Shown piece after piece: positions 39,401-49,447 of a DNA stretch of 64,000 nucleotides. The DNA comes from Lytechinus pictus (taxonomy: Eukaryota), in contig NC_087251.1 in assembly GCF_037042905.1 (NCBI RefSeq), positions 27,964,001-28,028,000 on the forward strand, written 5' to 3'. The translations under genes were made by a program, and so were the position numbers. The notes below the pieces were generated by a model. That model had not been told where the DNA came from, did not search any database, and worked only from the letters and a program-made list of their open reading frames with translations. How positions within the stretch are numbered: the stretch's first letter is position 1; every line of letters starts with the position of its first letter.

Positions 39401-42400
39401 CGTATTTCCACGTTTTATGAACTAGACCAATACACTTATAGAGATATGATGGCAATTCAACAAATACCCCTAACGTGGCCAAAGTTCTTTGACCTTACAT
39501 GACCTTTGACCTTGATCATGTGACCTGAAACTCGCACAGGATGTTCAGTGATACTTGATTACTCTAATGTCCAAGTTTTATGAACTAGACCAACACACTT
39601 TCAAATTTATGGCTGTAATTCAACAAATACCCCAATTTGGCCAAAGTTCATTGACCCTAAATGACCTTTGACCTTGATCATGTGACCTGAAACTTGCACA
39701 GGATGTTCAGTAATACTTGATTACTATTATGTCCAAGTTTCATGAATCAGATCCATAAACTTTCAAAGTTATGATGGTAATTCAACAGATACCCCCAATT
39801 CGGCCAAAGTTCATTGACCCTAAATGACCTTTGACCTTGGTCATGTGACGTGAAACTCATGCAGGATGTTCAGTGATACTTGATTAACTTTATGTATAAG
39901 TTTCATGAACTAGGTTCATATATTTTCTAAGTTATGATGACATTTCAAAAACTTAACCTTAGGTTAAGATTTTGATGTTGATTCCCCCAACATGGTCTAA
40001 GTTCATTGACCCTAAATGACCTTTGACCTTGGTCATGTGACATGAAACTCAGGCAGGATGTTCAGTAATACTTGATTAACCTTATGGCCAAGTTTCATGA
40101 ACTAGGTCCATATACTTTCTAAGTTATGCTGTCATTTCAAAAACTTAACCTCAGGTTAAGATTTGGTGTTGACGCCGCCGCCGCCGCCGTCGCCGTCGGA
40201 AAAGCGGCGCCTATAGTCTCACTCTGCTATGCAGGTGAGACAAAAACTAGAGATGCTCGGCGGGTTGCGCGGCCAAGCACATGTATCCCCCGAACCCACC
40301 GCGTCATCCGTCATTGCGATATATAGAGCTCACACAGATATTTGACAAATAAATACAATTGTTTTCCCTGTGGGTACCAAATTTGATGACAATAATATGA
40401 CGTAGCAGCATGACTCTGCAGAACCTAAAATATTGGACCTTCATGACAAATCAGAAGATAATTGGAGAAGAAATGCAGCCAGTAGAGCACTCACAAGGAA
40501 ATCTCTGCTATTTCCACAAAAACTCTTGTTACCATGGCAATGATGTCTCCGCCCACACCAAAATCAATAGGCGGCTTTGCTTTACCATAACGGACCTTCA
40601 TGTTACATTTGAAGATGAGCAGAGAAGAAATGCAGCTGGCAGAGCGCACACAAGGACATCTCTGCTATTTCCACAAAAACTCTTGTTACCATGGCAACGA
40701 TGTCTCTGCCCACACCAAAATCAATAGGCTTCTTTGCTATACCATACTCAACCTTCATGCCAAATTTGAAGATGATCGGAGAAGAAATGCAGCTGATAGA
40801 GCGCTCACAAGGAAATCTCTGCAGCGGACGCAGCGGCGGCACGACGAGGCCAAATCCATAGTATCCTCCGAACTCTGTCCGGGGGATACAATAATGTTCC
40901 CACTACTTGATATCATTATAACTAAAGTACCATTAAATGAAAGCACAGTGAAATAATACCTGTGTAAAATGCTGTTCCCCCAAAAGAAGAGATGCTTAGA
41001 GACATAGCCACTGAAGGTCAATCCAGTTAGGCTTACAGTCATACAGGTACCATCATGCTCGTCATGGTGAATATCACATTTGCTCAGCCCACCAACATCA
41101 ATCCATTCTCTGTCTATTCCTGACACAGCTGGAAAAGAAAGTCAAGAAATTATCAATTAAAAAATGTAGTGAAATGCTACATTCAGTGTTCTATGATAAA
41201 AGAATTATAGGAGCTAAGATAGCAGAAAAGGGTGCATTTGAATACATCTCAGAAGATCACAGTACTTCCAAAATGATATGATGAAAAATATTGAATTTAC
41301 CTTAAGTGCTACATGTCGATGGCATTGAAGCATATATTCTTTTAGTATAAAATCTAATGACAATGTTTATAGTTAGTTACTTTGTATATTAGGTGATGCA
41401 CATTATATAATCAGATTTGAATAAGATTTGATAGGCAGGTCTGTACAACTAATTGCAATTTATGGTAGGTTCTTAGAATGCATGTTTAAAACAAGGCGGT
41501 TCATGAATGACAAGTCTCGCCTGATTTTGCGATCGATAAAATATGCAATATGATCTCTTGACCCCTAGATGACCTTTGACCCATCATCCTCAACAACACA
41601 CATGTGGCATTACGCAATGATAATTTGAACCAAGTGTGATCAAAATTCATGCAGAAATAATGAGAGCAATTTGAACAAGAACTTGACCTTTTGACCCTTA
41701 GATGACCATTGACCCCATCATCTTCAACAACACACATATTACCCAAGAATCATTTGTACCAAGTGTGAACATAACTGATGCAGAAATAAAGAAATAAGAG
41801 TAATTTGAACAAAAACTTGATGTTTTGACCCTTAGATGACATTTGACCCCATCATCTTCAACAAGACACATGTGGTATTACCCAACGATCATTTTAACTA
41901 AGTTTGAAGTGTGATCAAAATTGAAGCAAAAATAACAAAAAGAAAAAAGGATGAACATGATCTCATATCATTTGAACTCTTGACCTCTAGATGAACTTTG
42001 TCCCCATTATCCTCATGGACACACATGGGGTACCCAAGGATCATATGTACCATCTGTGAACATAATTGATGCAGAAATGAAGAAATATGAACAAGACCTT
42101 TGACCCCACCTTCCTCAACAACACAAATGTGGTATTACCCAAGGATCATTTTAACCAAGTGTGATCAAAATTGATGCAGAAATAAAGAAATGAGTGCGAG
42201 TTGAACAAAAACTGTTTGAAAAAATATAATTTGACCTTTTGACCCTAGATGACCTTTGAACAAAACTTCAACATTATTGAATAGACTAACGGACCAACAG
42301 ACTAACAGACCAACAGGATCAGCGATAACTTGGTCTTTGACAAACATCGTTCAGGCGAGACAAAATATGAATATCAAACATTTTTTTTCTAAATTCAAGA

Positions 42401-45400
42401 GCATCTTATTCGAATCCGTAGAAGTCCTACATGTATGAATCTAATTGAAATATATATTTGCTTTTTCCAGCTATTTGATATTGATATTATTTCATTTCCA
42501 AGCTGGGAATTAAACAAACCTATCCAAAGGGAATGAAAATAAATTGATCTTACCATGTGGAATTGTAAGGTTAGCATCCAATGATCGAACCAGATTCCAT
42601 TTGCCATACCCTGGATAATACAATGATAATCACATATTTCAATTACAATGTTTAACCAAACACATCTCTTAATTCAAAATAGATATTTTGGACAAAAGTT
42701 ATACATGTATAATTTCAAAATATAAAATGAAAACCGTCTAGCTTTAACCAGGCTCGGATCCAGCCAGAAAAGACAATAGTTTTGAGAGGCCGACAATATG
42801 GCCCCTAAAATGGTATTGTGTCTAGTCTGGCCAGATCTGCGCCTGGCCTTCACCTCTGGTGAATAAGACAGTAATGAATGATGAATGAATTAAACACATT
42901 CCTGTTTCCAAATGACACTTACCAGACAGTTTGAGTAAATGATACTCTGTAGTCATTTCTTGTTCCACAATCTTTACCAAAACATAAGTCGATTCCATAT
43001 CAATATTTCCAAATGCAGCATCAATAATAAAACAAGATGATTGACCTGATGCTGAAAAAGAAATGAAATAAACAATTGGCATTTGAGAATAACATTACAA
43101 AAAGTGAAACAATGTCACAATATTTCAACTGAATAGTAATGTATCAAACTATATTAAACTATGAATAATTCTAAATTTTATAACTTATGATGGATTCATA
43201 AGATTTTGTATGTAAAGGATATTTCTTTTAAGAAATCATGTTGTTTTTTCCAAAAGTTTCATAGGTCTGAGCTGGATGATTTCGAGCTCTATTGATATTG
43301 CAGAGAGAAAATACAGCTACAAAGAGAGTAACACTTTGGAAGAATTTAAATATATGCAATTCCTTCTACCCACTGTACCAAATTTGGTTGAAGCTTTTTA
43401 TATTGTAGAAAACTTGAATACATCAAATGTCAGAACATTTCCACTGCTTGCATTGAATGCGTACATGCTAGCTAAACCTTAAATTTTCATGGGCTGGGTT
43501 GATCTTGCTGGACTTCAATTGCCTTTTTGCCCACTTTAGGCATTATGAAAGTGTTATTTGGGATAGAGAAAAGGGTTGCTGAAAGTATCATGAGGAATGC
43601 TGGTTAATAATTCCTGCTTGCGGAAGTGCATGTTACAATATCACTAATTTCCAACACAGTCTAATGCTTACAATGAACATGTTAAAGTGCCCCCCACCAA
43701 ATTTTTGTTAAGATATTTCAAATAGGAGTTATCCTTTGTTCATCTTAAAGCAACTACATCTACTTAAGATCTAGCAAAGTGGAGTCAAACATGTTTGAAA
43801 CTTTTGTAGTTTTTGTGTAACATAGGCCAGGGAGAGTGAGCTAAAGAGTCTAATCTCTCAATGCATTTCTCTTTCAAATGTGATGAAGATTTGAATTATT
43901 TTCATATCTTCTCTAGATGTAGCTTATGTACACATGATAATACATACATTTATTATCATTAATGATGATAATGTTGATAATAAAAGTGCTACTAATAATA
44001 CTAATTATAATTACAATGATAGACATTTATGAATATTTGTACTCAGATTTGTTTATACAGGTGCAGAATCATTTTTTGCAGTAGCTTTAGCACAAGTTAT
44101 CATTTCTAACACTGAAAAGATTACCTAAAACAATATTACTAGCTTTTTTATTGTCATGTACTTGTTAATTGTCAGCTAGCTTATAATTTTATCAAACCTT
44201 AATAAATTTTTGTCAAATCAAGCTCATTTTCTTAGTAAGTCGACATCTACTTTAGATAATGAGAACAAAATATTGTACAAAAAATACACCTTTCAATAAA
44301 GAAAACTAAATATTAAAAATGGTAAATCAGTAGAATATTGGTGAGGGAACATGTCATAATTCCCTATTTGGCTTGTCATAACACTAAACCTAAAGGTTAC
44401 AAGAGTCCCCATGATATGTTTAGTTCATTCATTGAGCTCTGCAGTGCCATGACATAAATCATACATGGATCTAGTATGAGCATAAAACAAAGAAATATCT
44501 TCATGTGCTCACTTTCATTGCATTACTATTGGGTTTTTGTTGTTTTTTAGTTTTCCCCATTCTCAAATTGGCAAATTTGGAAGTATTATTCATACTTTTT
44601 GTCAATCAATGTTAACTGGACGTACACAAACATCTAAAGAAAAATAGCGCAATTAAATAAAATCAATGACATTAGCAATTCAAAGAGGAAAGCTGTTCAA
44701 GTAAGATGAATTCAATTAATTCTTGAATGGGTTAAGACAAAAATCTTGTTTGACATAGATTACAAAGAACACAATTCAAAGCACAAAATATTTTGACATT
44801 GCCCTTTATAGTTCTGAGATTAAAGTTTTTGGTATTCATAAATTGACTGATAATTTTCAATAAGTTTGATTTCACCTTAATACCTGCTGAATATTCTACA
44901 TTCTAGAGTACCTCAAATATTACCCGATTTGTATATTTTATGTTTTTTGTTGTCATCCATTTGAATCTTTTGATGAGGTTTTGTTTTTTGTTCTTGTTTT
45001 TGTTTCTAAAAACAGAAATTAGGCAGTTTCTTTATGAATCTTATTGTACAAATTATCGAAATCAATAACCGTTTTTCCAAATCTACATATACATTAAACA
45101 TATATGTATCTTGATAAAAGTGTTTTAGGAAAATAATGCAGTGTCTTACCAATCTGATCACATGCACTGTTACCACTGGAATCTACCAGTTGTTCTAGTT
45201 GTGTACGAGCACCTGTAGTAATAACAACACTAAAAAGTATTACACATTGAAAGATACAGAGAATACCTAATTGTGTTTTCTTACCAATAAGTTGCAATGG
45301 AAATTTCGATGAAAGGAAACAAAATAAGGAGCAGAAGTGAAATAGCAGCTTGAAAGTTTGTACTCTCTGAAAAGTAACGAGTTAATCTATCATACGTCTA

Positions 45401-48392
45401 TATTCTTCTCACTGCTTCCACCTTAATCTTTTTTTTTCACTGCACTTGCCTGCCCCAATAATCTATCTTTCTTTATCATGTGGTTTCATAGTGTGCAACA
45501 TTGTAATTCATGTGACTCATTATATGCATTGCTCCATGTCTTTTCATGATTGTATTATTTAAAACTTGTAAACTGAATTGTACACTGAACGTAATTCAGG
45601 CTGCTATGTTCAATGAAAGCAACAAAAATAAAGTGTTTTGTAAACCTGGAACACTACTCACCAAATTCAAGATTAGAACTGTAAAGCTTTTTGCCATCGT
45701 TACCAACAGACAAAAACCTTGGTCCTTGCCTACCATGTGAGGGCACTATCAGGTGGTGTATACACTGATCAAGTTGGATGGGATGATAGATACCAATATC
45801 TGCCTTGTTGGTGGCATAGTGCGCTGCAAACATTTCAAAGAGTCCCCAAGCAGTGCTAAGGACGATTTTGTCAGGGAAGGTGGCAGATTCTTTGATGGGT
45901 GGTCCTATGAGACAAGTTGGTGCTTCATCACCCAGGGCAACCTATAGGTTATCCAAAATCAGTTTATATTAGCACTATCACAAACTATTCATTCCCCAAT
46001 GACATTGTATTTATACCTGTAGAAAATGTTTAAAGGGTAATTCTTTATCAACGTCAGCATTTTTGTCTTATGAAGCAATGGCAACATATTATTAATAAGA
46101 AACCTAATATATAATTCAGCAGCTATATGCATGAAAGATACATTGAAAAAAAGATTCATTTAAGAGTTCAGACAACATCCTTGAATAGGTTGTGTAAAAT
46201 GAAACACTTCATGCAGATATTTCCCTTCCCCTTCAACTATACAGGTAAAAAGCACAAGCTTTTTGATACAAGCACGTTCTTCACTTACTTCTACTACCCC
46301 ATAATGTCGGAAGAAGTCAGAGCTCTTTAGAGTGATTGGTCTCTTAACAAATCCTGCCATGGATTGTATAGGTGTGACACCTCTGACAGTGTGAACTGGA
46401 AGTATCTGGTGGATCTCATTTTCAAAAAATCCCAACCCTGATAGATCTGTATCAGCTCCAATTCTAGTCTGGACGTATGAAGAGTTTTCTGACACACGCT
46501 CACTGTATCCATCTAATGTTATCGTCCGCCTGTCCAAATAAAGACATGATGATTTAATAAATAATGTAATTAATAATGAGAATGACCATGATATTGCATA
46601 TATCAAAGCTACAAATGAAGTTTGACGGTTAACTGGATAAATTTTTACAGAACAAAGCTATAATTATGTGCTCTATAAAAAAATATATAAGTATATCATT
46701 TTCACACTTACAGTGTAATAGCTGTAGTTTTCTCTTCCTTGTAATATTTCATATTTCCCCAGTAGAACTTCAATATTACACTCCGAGAAAATTTCCAATA
46801 AATTTCAAATGTTAAAATTGTCTTGATAATTTCTGTAATGGAAGTTTTGGTAACACACAGGATGTTCCTATATTCGTTTTTCATATTTGTTTTTCATTTA
46901 TGATATTAGAATGTACTTTGTTAAATTTGGAATTTTATTCCTTATAATTAAGAAGTAAATATACAGTACAAAATCTGAGCCTTTAACATTCCCAATGATG
47001 TTTTTACCATGGCACGTAAAAAATCTGAACATAAAGGAGTAATCATTAACATATAAAATTTCATCCATATATTTCAAGGAAAATTCACATGTCTCATAAA
47101 TACATGAGAACTAATACTCCATTATATCAAAAAAATATTACTCTCATACTCTGAGAAATATTATCAATTATACTTTGAGAGATATTCACCAGGGTATCAA
47201 TTGAATAAAACTAGTGTCCCCCTTTTCTGTAAGAACTGAAGAAACCAATTAAATCAGAAAATTTATAACTTGCCGAGATGTGGCGACAGCTTTGACAGAG
47301 CCTACAGTTTCTACACGGACATGTATTATCAGGTACTTGTCATTTGTTGGCAAGGGAACCAGCCAAACGGGTCTGCAAAATCCAACATCACAATCTGGAT
47401 CCATGTCAACAAGGGCACCCTCAAATACATAATCAGTCCAGGTGTGGTACGAGAGACTCTGATCTTGTAGGGAATCGAATGATAACTTGATTCGAGGATA
47501 GGATCCAGCTGACAGTAAAGCCTCTATTGTACTCGAACTGGTTACTCCATTACACTCAATTTGTACTCGCACAAAATATGGGTACATGTGTGGCTCCACC
47601 TACAAATGGTCAAATGATATAGAAAATATATTTACTTGAACATTTTCTTTCATGTCTGTGTCAAAATGAATTTTGACAGCTCATCCAGAAATACAACTTT
47701 GATTTTTTTTTTTTGGGGGGGGAGGAATACCTGTGCCCTGGTACATATAGGATACAATCAGTTGTACAAGTGTAACTGTAATAGTGAGGCAAACTCTGTA
47801 CAAGGTTTACCATTATTAAGTGTATACTGTATCTCTTTACATTAACATCCCCTTCAAATGTTGTGTGCTGTGATTTTAGCTATAAATTACAAATGGTTTG
47901 AAAATGCTTTATGGTGAATGAAAGAACTTGTATTTTGGGTTTTGTCCTACGTCGATAAGGAATTATAGACTGTTACCTCGTAAAATTTGGATCTTTAAAC
48001 AAGGCACTGATGGCTTGTTTGATGTCAAAGAATTCTCTTGAGAATATTCAACTCATTCAACATACAGAAAAGGGAAGAATTTTTTTTCCATAAATCCTCT
48101 GTTATAATTCAAAAACTGTAACCATACAATAAATCATACAGTATCTCAATGATGAGATGACATCAATACATACCTCTTCTGCTGAAAAGCTTCTTATTTG
48201 TACTTCTTGATAATCCACTACTATATGAGTTAATTTCTTTTGAACTATTGGTTCAAATATATATGGGAACTCTGATCGTACAACATCTATGTGCCAGGAG
48301 CATGACCCACAGGCATAAGTTATCAAGGCAGCCAGGCCAGTTAAGACAGCAGTCCATTGATGAAATGGTGACATACTTGACTTTGAAGGCAT
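18337..48392 (-). CDS. CATSPERG: Cation channel sperm-associated auxiliary subunit gamma (CatSper-gamma), complete CDS, 21 coding exons, 1435 aa predicted
   Basis: Coding exons 5'->3': 48392-48174, 47599-47274, 46529-46289, 45941-45662, 45212-45150, 43051-42923, 42610-42554, 41128-40960, 37663-37549, 37037-36873, 35593-34752, 34068-33852, 33075-32935, 32137-31916, 30159-30022, 27109-26959, 26249-26090, 24055-23764, 19562-19364, 18894-18820, 18443-18337. They sum to 4308 nt with all phases compatible and no internal stop seen. The protein has a signal peptide then CSW, YPYF..C, CPYS..ERRERY..SLMIYQ, LPSTIYLDK..FAI, LGCPPGRKLVFD, FRPMF..TG..F.G.Y.L.V.GG, IQWIC..SPC, PEYYF..N..VD..STYC.Y.L.F..HVHG and a single C-terminal TM. 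These are colinear with recalled human CATSPERG motifs (GCPPGKRLAFD, LPERIFLDK, IEWLC, STYCNYQLTFLLHIHG). Confidence 0.93.
18820..18894 (-). CDS. CATSPERG: CATSPERG exon (FSTTSTVIESLVRNDEDYHGFPPD)
   Basis: ttcag| ... |gtaagt; phase 1-1. Confidence 0.65.
19364..19562 (-). CDS. CATSPERG: CATSPERG exon (TM second half WSFVGTILAVGVFIAC + cytoplasmic tail)
   Basis: tacag| ... |gtgagt. Confidence 0.83.
19570..19825 (-). mobile_element. Degraded SINE related to 4141-4431
   Basis: Shares ATTATTATT..CCC.GCTTTAG, CTGGGTTGAGTGCAGCAC and ATGGCTGGGATTT. Confidence 0.65.
22115..22260 (+). mobile_element. 5' fragment of DINE-1/Helentron-like element
   Basis: TTATACCCC...GGGGGTATAT terminal stem-loop followed by a typical ccaattttcatgaaatt core. 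Confidence 0.5.
22257..22745 (+). repeat. Unclassified dispersed repeat (inverted homologue at 32380-32671), interrupted by a MITE
   Basis: GGGTAGCCAGG.GGCT..AGAGTAAAAATCATT.ACTAAC and TTTCCTTCTAAAAGATCTAGC.CTAAATCATGTA recur reverse-complemented at 32.5-32.67 kb. Confidence 0.7.
22327..22481. mobile_element. Harbinger-like MITE with CAG target duplication
   Basis: TIRs GGGCCTGTTGCATAAAACTTTTTACCTGAGAAAACTC / GAGTTTTCTCAGGTAAAAAGTTTTATGCAACGGGCCC; CAG on both sides. Confidence 0.85.
22774..23235. mobile_element. hAT-like fragment with (CAATTAC/GTAATTG)n subterminal repeats
   Basis: CAGGGTTGGGTTCAATTAC left end, many GTAATTG motifs; right end not found. Confidence 0.45.
23764..24055 (-). CDS. 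CATSPERG: CATSPERG exon (IWQP...IQWICQRGSPC...STYCQYDLQFVVHVHG...VIIVV)
   Basis: tctag| ... |gtaagt. Confidence 0.92.
24490..25424. mobile_element. Kolobok-like non-autonomous DNA transposon (TTAA TSD)
   Basis: Perfect 16-bp TIRs GGACGTTCCACAGTTA / TAACTGTGGAACGTCC; TTAA both sides; empty site at 25640-25643; longer copy at 56824-59495. Confidence 0.88.
25425..25826. repeat. 215-bp tandem duplication (first copy begins at 24456 and is split by the transposon)
   Basis: Near-identical copies offset by 215 bp. Confidence 0.92.
26090..26249 (-). CDS. CATSPERG: CATSPERG exon (FRPMFKVVDFTTGE...YTLKVLGG...KFNDLD)
   Basis: accag| ... |gtaagt. Confidence 0.9.
26959..27109 (-). CDS. CATSPERG: CATSPERG exon (GIYTMDVMLGCPPGRKLVFD...PCLHYHD)
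   Basis: taaag| ... |gtaagg; GCPPG motif. Confidence 0.92.
27838..28015 (-). mobile_element. 3' end fragment of Helentron-like family A
   Basis: AAACAAGTGGAGCGCCTCTGGCAGTC...CAATATAGCAGCAGTGCTGACTTTGAAAAC is the reverse complement of 9990-10059. Confidence 0.75.
28030..29535. repeat. Purine-rich ~120-bp degenerate minisatellite
   Basis: Unit GAAGTGATCTAATGAAGATATGAATGTACTGATAAACAGCAAG...GGAAGGATGAAGAGAGTGAAG repeated about 10 times. Confidence 0.85.
30022..30159 (-). CDS. CATSPERG: CATSPERG exon (VTLYDKG...FSCFIKEGDIFKPE)
   Basis: caaag| ... |gtaaaa. Confidence 0.85.
30886..31737 (+). mobile_element. Internally deleted Tc1/mariner element with decayed transposase N-terminus
   Basis: Long imperfect TIRs CAGTGTAATAAACCCCTAAAAAAAATCTGCAACTCAA / TTGAGTTGCAGAACTTTTTTGAGGGGTTTATGTACAG then TA. 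31353-31562 encodes, across frameshifts, MPRLS..AQIIGQLQAG.PQKDVA..FGVSKSTISRL..GEVKDRPRSG.P.KTT..EDR (Tc1 paired-like HTH and GRPR-type linker). Confidence 0.85.
31916..32137 (-). CDS. CATSPERG: CATSPERG exon (PYGNT..LPSTIYLDKNEIFEFAISL...TIRYE)
   Basis: cacag| ... |gtacaa. Confidence 0.9.
32380..32671 (-). repeat. Unclassified dispersed repeat, homologue of 22257-22745
   Basis: Reverse-complement similarity; CpG-rich with AAGATGGCGGCG. Confidence 0.65.
32935..33075 (-). CDS. CATSPERG: CATSPERG exon (EIAEVSHNPFRRWY...IDPYAYHLQ)
   Basis: ttcag| ... |gttagt. Confidence 0.9.
33852..34068 (-). CDS. CATSPERG: CATSPERG exon (RMSPLLEYECPYS...ERRERY...SLMIYQ...KDN)
   Basis: cacag| ... |gtaaga. 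Confidence 0.9.
34752..35593 (-). CDS. CATSPERG: CATSPERG exon carrying ~246-aa His/Gly/Glu repeat (FIAYRSSNETDLMRRRIDPGEIL...(HHG-En)n...DEG)
   Basis: tttatag| acceptor in phase 0 after LYE; GAG GG|gtgaga donor in phase 2 joins G-AGA-ATG-TCA of the next exon; 842 nt. Confidence 0.82.
36873..37037 (-). CDS. CATSPERG: CATSPERG exon (IWYGEIG..LRPSPGW...YYDAWGTLYE)
   Basis: gttag| ... |gtatat; resembles recalled human IWYLL..LFPSKGW. Confidence 0.87.
37549..37663 (-). CDS. CATSPERG: CATSPERG exon (PDNGKTVYVLL...LLNEDQE)
   Basis: tctag| ... |gtaaag. Confidence 0.85.
38483..39263 (-). mobile_element. Helentron-like family A copy
   Basis: Both ends intact (AACAAGTGGAATGCCTCTGGCGGTCTCACCTGCAT ... 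ATGCAGGTGAGACAAAAA); internal tandem units. Confidence 0.82.
39285..40246 (-). mobile_element. Helentron-like family A copy (tandem with previous)
   Basis: Same termini, more internal units, (GCC)n microsatellite near the 5' end. Confidence 0.82.
40247..40893 (-). mobile_element. Helentron-like family B
   Basis: Subterminal IRs TGTATCCCCCG / CGGGGGATACA; ~170-bp internal tandem units (GAAGAAATGCAGC..ACAAGGAAATCTCTGC). Confidence 0.7.
40960..41128 (-). CDS. CATSPERG: CATSPERG exon (VSGIDREW...LFFWGNSILH)
   Basis: tccag| ... AG|gtatta. Confidence 0.85.
41488..42365 (-). mobile_element. Helentron-like family C
   Basis: Subterminal IRs GTCTCGCCTGA / TCAGGCGAGAC; internal tandem units (GACCTTTGACCCCATCATCCTCAACAACACACATG); (GACCAACA)n microsatellite. 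Confidence 0.72.
42554..42610 (-). CDS. CATSPERG: CATSPERG exon (GYGKWNLVRSLDANLTIPH)
   Basis: tccag| ... |gtaaga; phase 1-1. Confidence 0.7.
42923..43051 (-). CDS. CATSPERG: CATSPERG exon (SGQSSCFIIDAAFG...HLLKLS)
   Basis: ttcag| ... |gtaagt; an alternative in-frame acceptor lies 6 nt downstream. Confidence 0.78.
45150..45212 (-). CDS. CATSPERG: CATSPERG exon (ARTQLEQLVDSSGNSACDQI)
   Basis: tacag| ... |gtaaga; phase 1-1. Confidence 0.75.
45662..45941 (-). CDS. CATSPERG: CATSPERG exon (VALGDEAPTCLIG...YSSNLEF)
   Basis: tatag| ... |gtgagt; open 280 nt, phase 0-1. Confidence 0.85.
46289..46529 (-). CDS. CATSPERG: CATSPERG exon (RTITLDGY...LKSSDFFRHYGVVE)
   Basis: gacag| ... |gtaagt. Confidence 0.87.
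47274..47599 (-). CDS. CATSPERG: CATSPERG exon (VEPHMYPYFVRVQIEC...AVATSR), GC donor
   Basis: tgtag| acceptor; CG|gcaagt donor required for phase 2. Confidence 0.85.
48174..48392 (-). CDS. CATSPERG: CATSPERG first coding exon (signal peptide + CSWHIDVV)
   Basis: In-frame upstream stop; acceptor just before 48411; donor GAG|gtatgt. Start could be the second Met (MSPFHQW). Confidence 0.85.
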
Positions 48393-48715
48393 TGCTCTAC
48401 AACAAAGTCATCTGCAAGGTAAAAAAAATTTAATCATAATCAAATCAACTGATTTCTTAACCTTCCTATAAATACAAAGCATGTGATACTAATCAACTTG
48501 CTTGTTTCACTGGTTTGGTGAGATGTGCATACATGTATGATGTAGCTGATGAAACTTTTTTTTTTCATCCAAGAACCGACAAATTTCAAAGCTTTTAAGG
48601 GCGTCTCCATTCAAAATATTCCTCAGACTATCACTTAAATCCCAAACATTCACACTTCACTCATGATCATTTTTCTCCATAAATCTATGTTTTAAGTGGG
48701 GTTGTCCTCAATACA

Positions 48716-49447
48716 ATTCTCGCTACCCCAAATAGGAACAAAAATCTCATAATGCGCGAGACGAGATAATTTTCACTCCGTCGGGTCGTCATCACCACTT
48801 CCGGTTTAGAGTCATGCTCGCGCGAGGTTCGCGATACTGAGTTTTCCACCACGCTGAAATCGATGCCAATCAGCGTAATATGTACAGAGTATAATACTTT
48901 TTATTACATTTGGTCAGTTTTGATTCCATTTGAATTATAAAAAAATATATTTCACGTGAGTATAATTTTTATTCATGTTTTTATTTGGTTATAAAAAAAT
49001 CAAACAAATAATGAATATCTTAAAATTTTGAATTTAGCGACCGGCCTGACATCACGATCGTATTCAACTAGACACTAAATATATTCAGCATTCATTTCGT
49101 TCAATTTTTCGTCGACCACAAAATGGATAAAAATCAGTTTCGGAACTTAAAAAAATCTTAACTGACAGATGAATACCGTGCAATGGAAAGCGTCAGGCAG
49201 AATTAGTGACTTTAGCAGAAAAGGCTGTAAAACTGTTAGTGAAAGAGAGGGTTGTGATCACGAACTTTCCGAGCGAAAGCTACGTTGTGTTGTTGTGCAT
49301 GACGGCACTGTTGATCTAAATGGCAAAACAGTGCGTTGGACTTCCGAACAGGAAGTTGTAATACCGAAAAAGCTATCCCATAATGCAATGCACGTTACAG
49401 GGATTTTCCCGGATCTCGGCGAAATCGCTATTTGGGGTAGCGAGAAT
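48716..49447. mobile_element. Unclassified non-autonomous DNA element with 4-bp TSD
   Basis: Perfect 20-bp TIRs ATTCTCGCTACCCCAAATAG / CTATTTGGGGTAGCGAGAAT; TACA on both sides. Confidence 0.8.
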
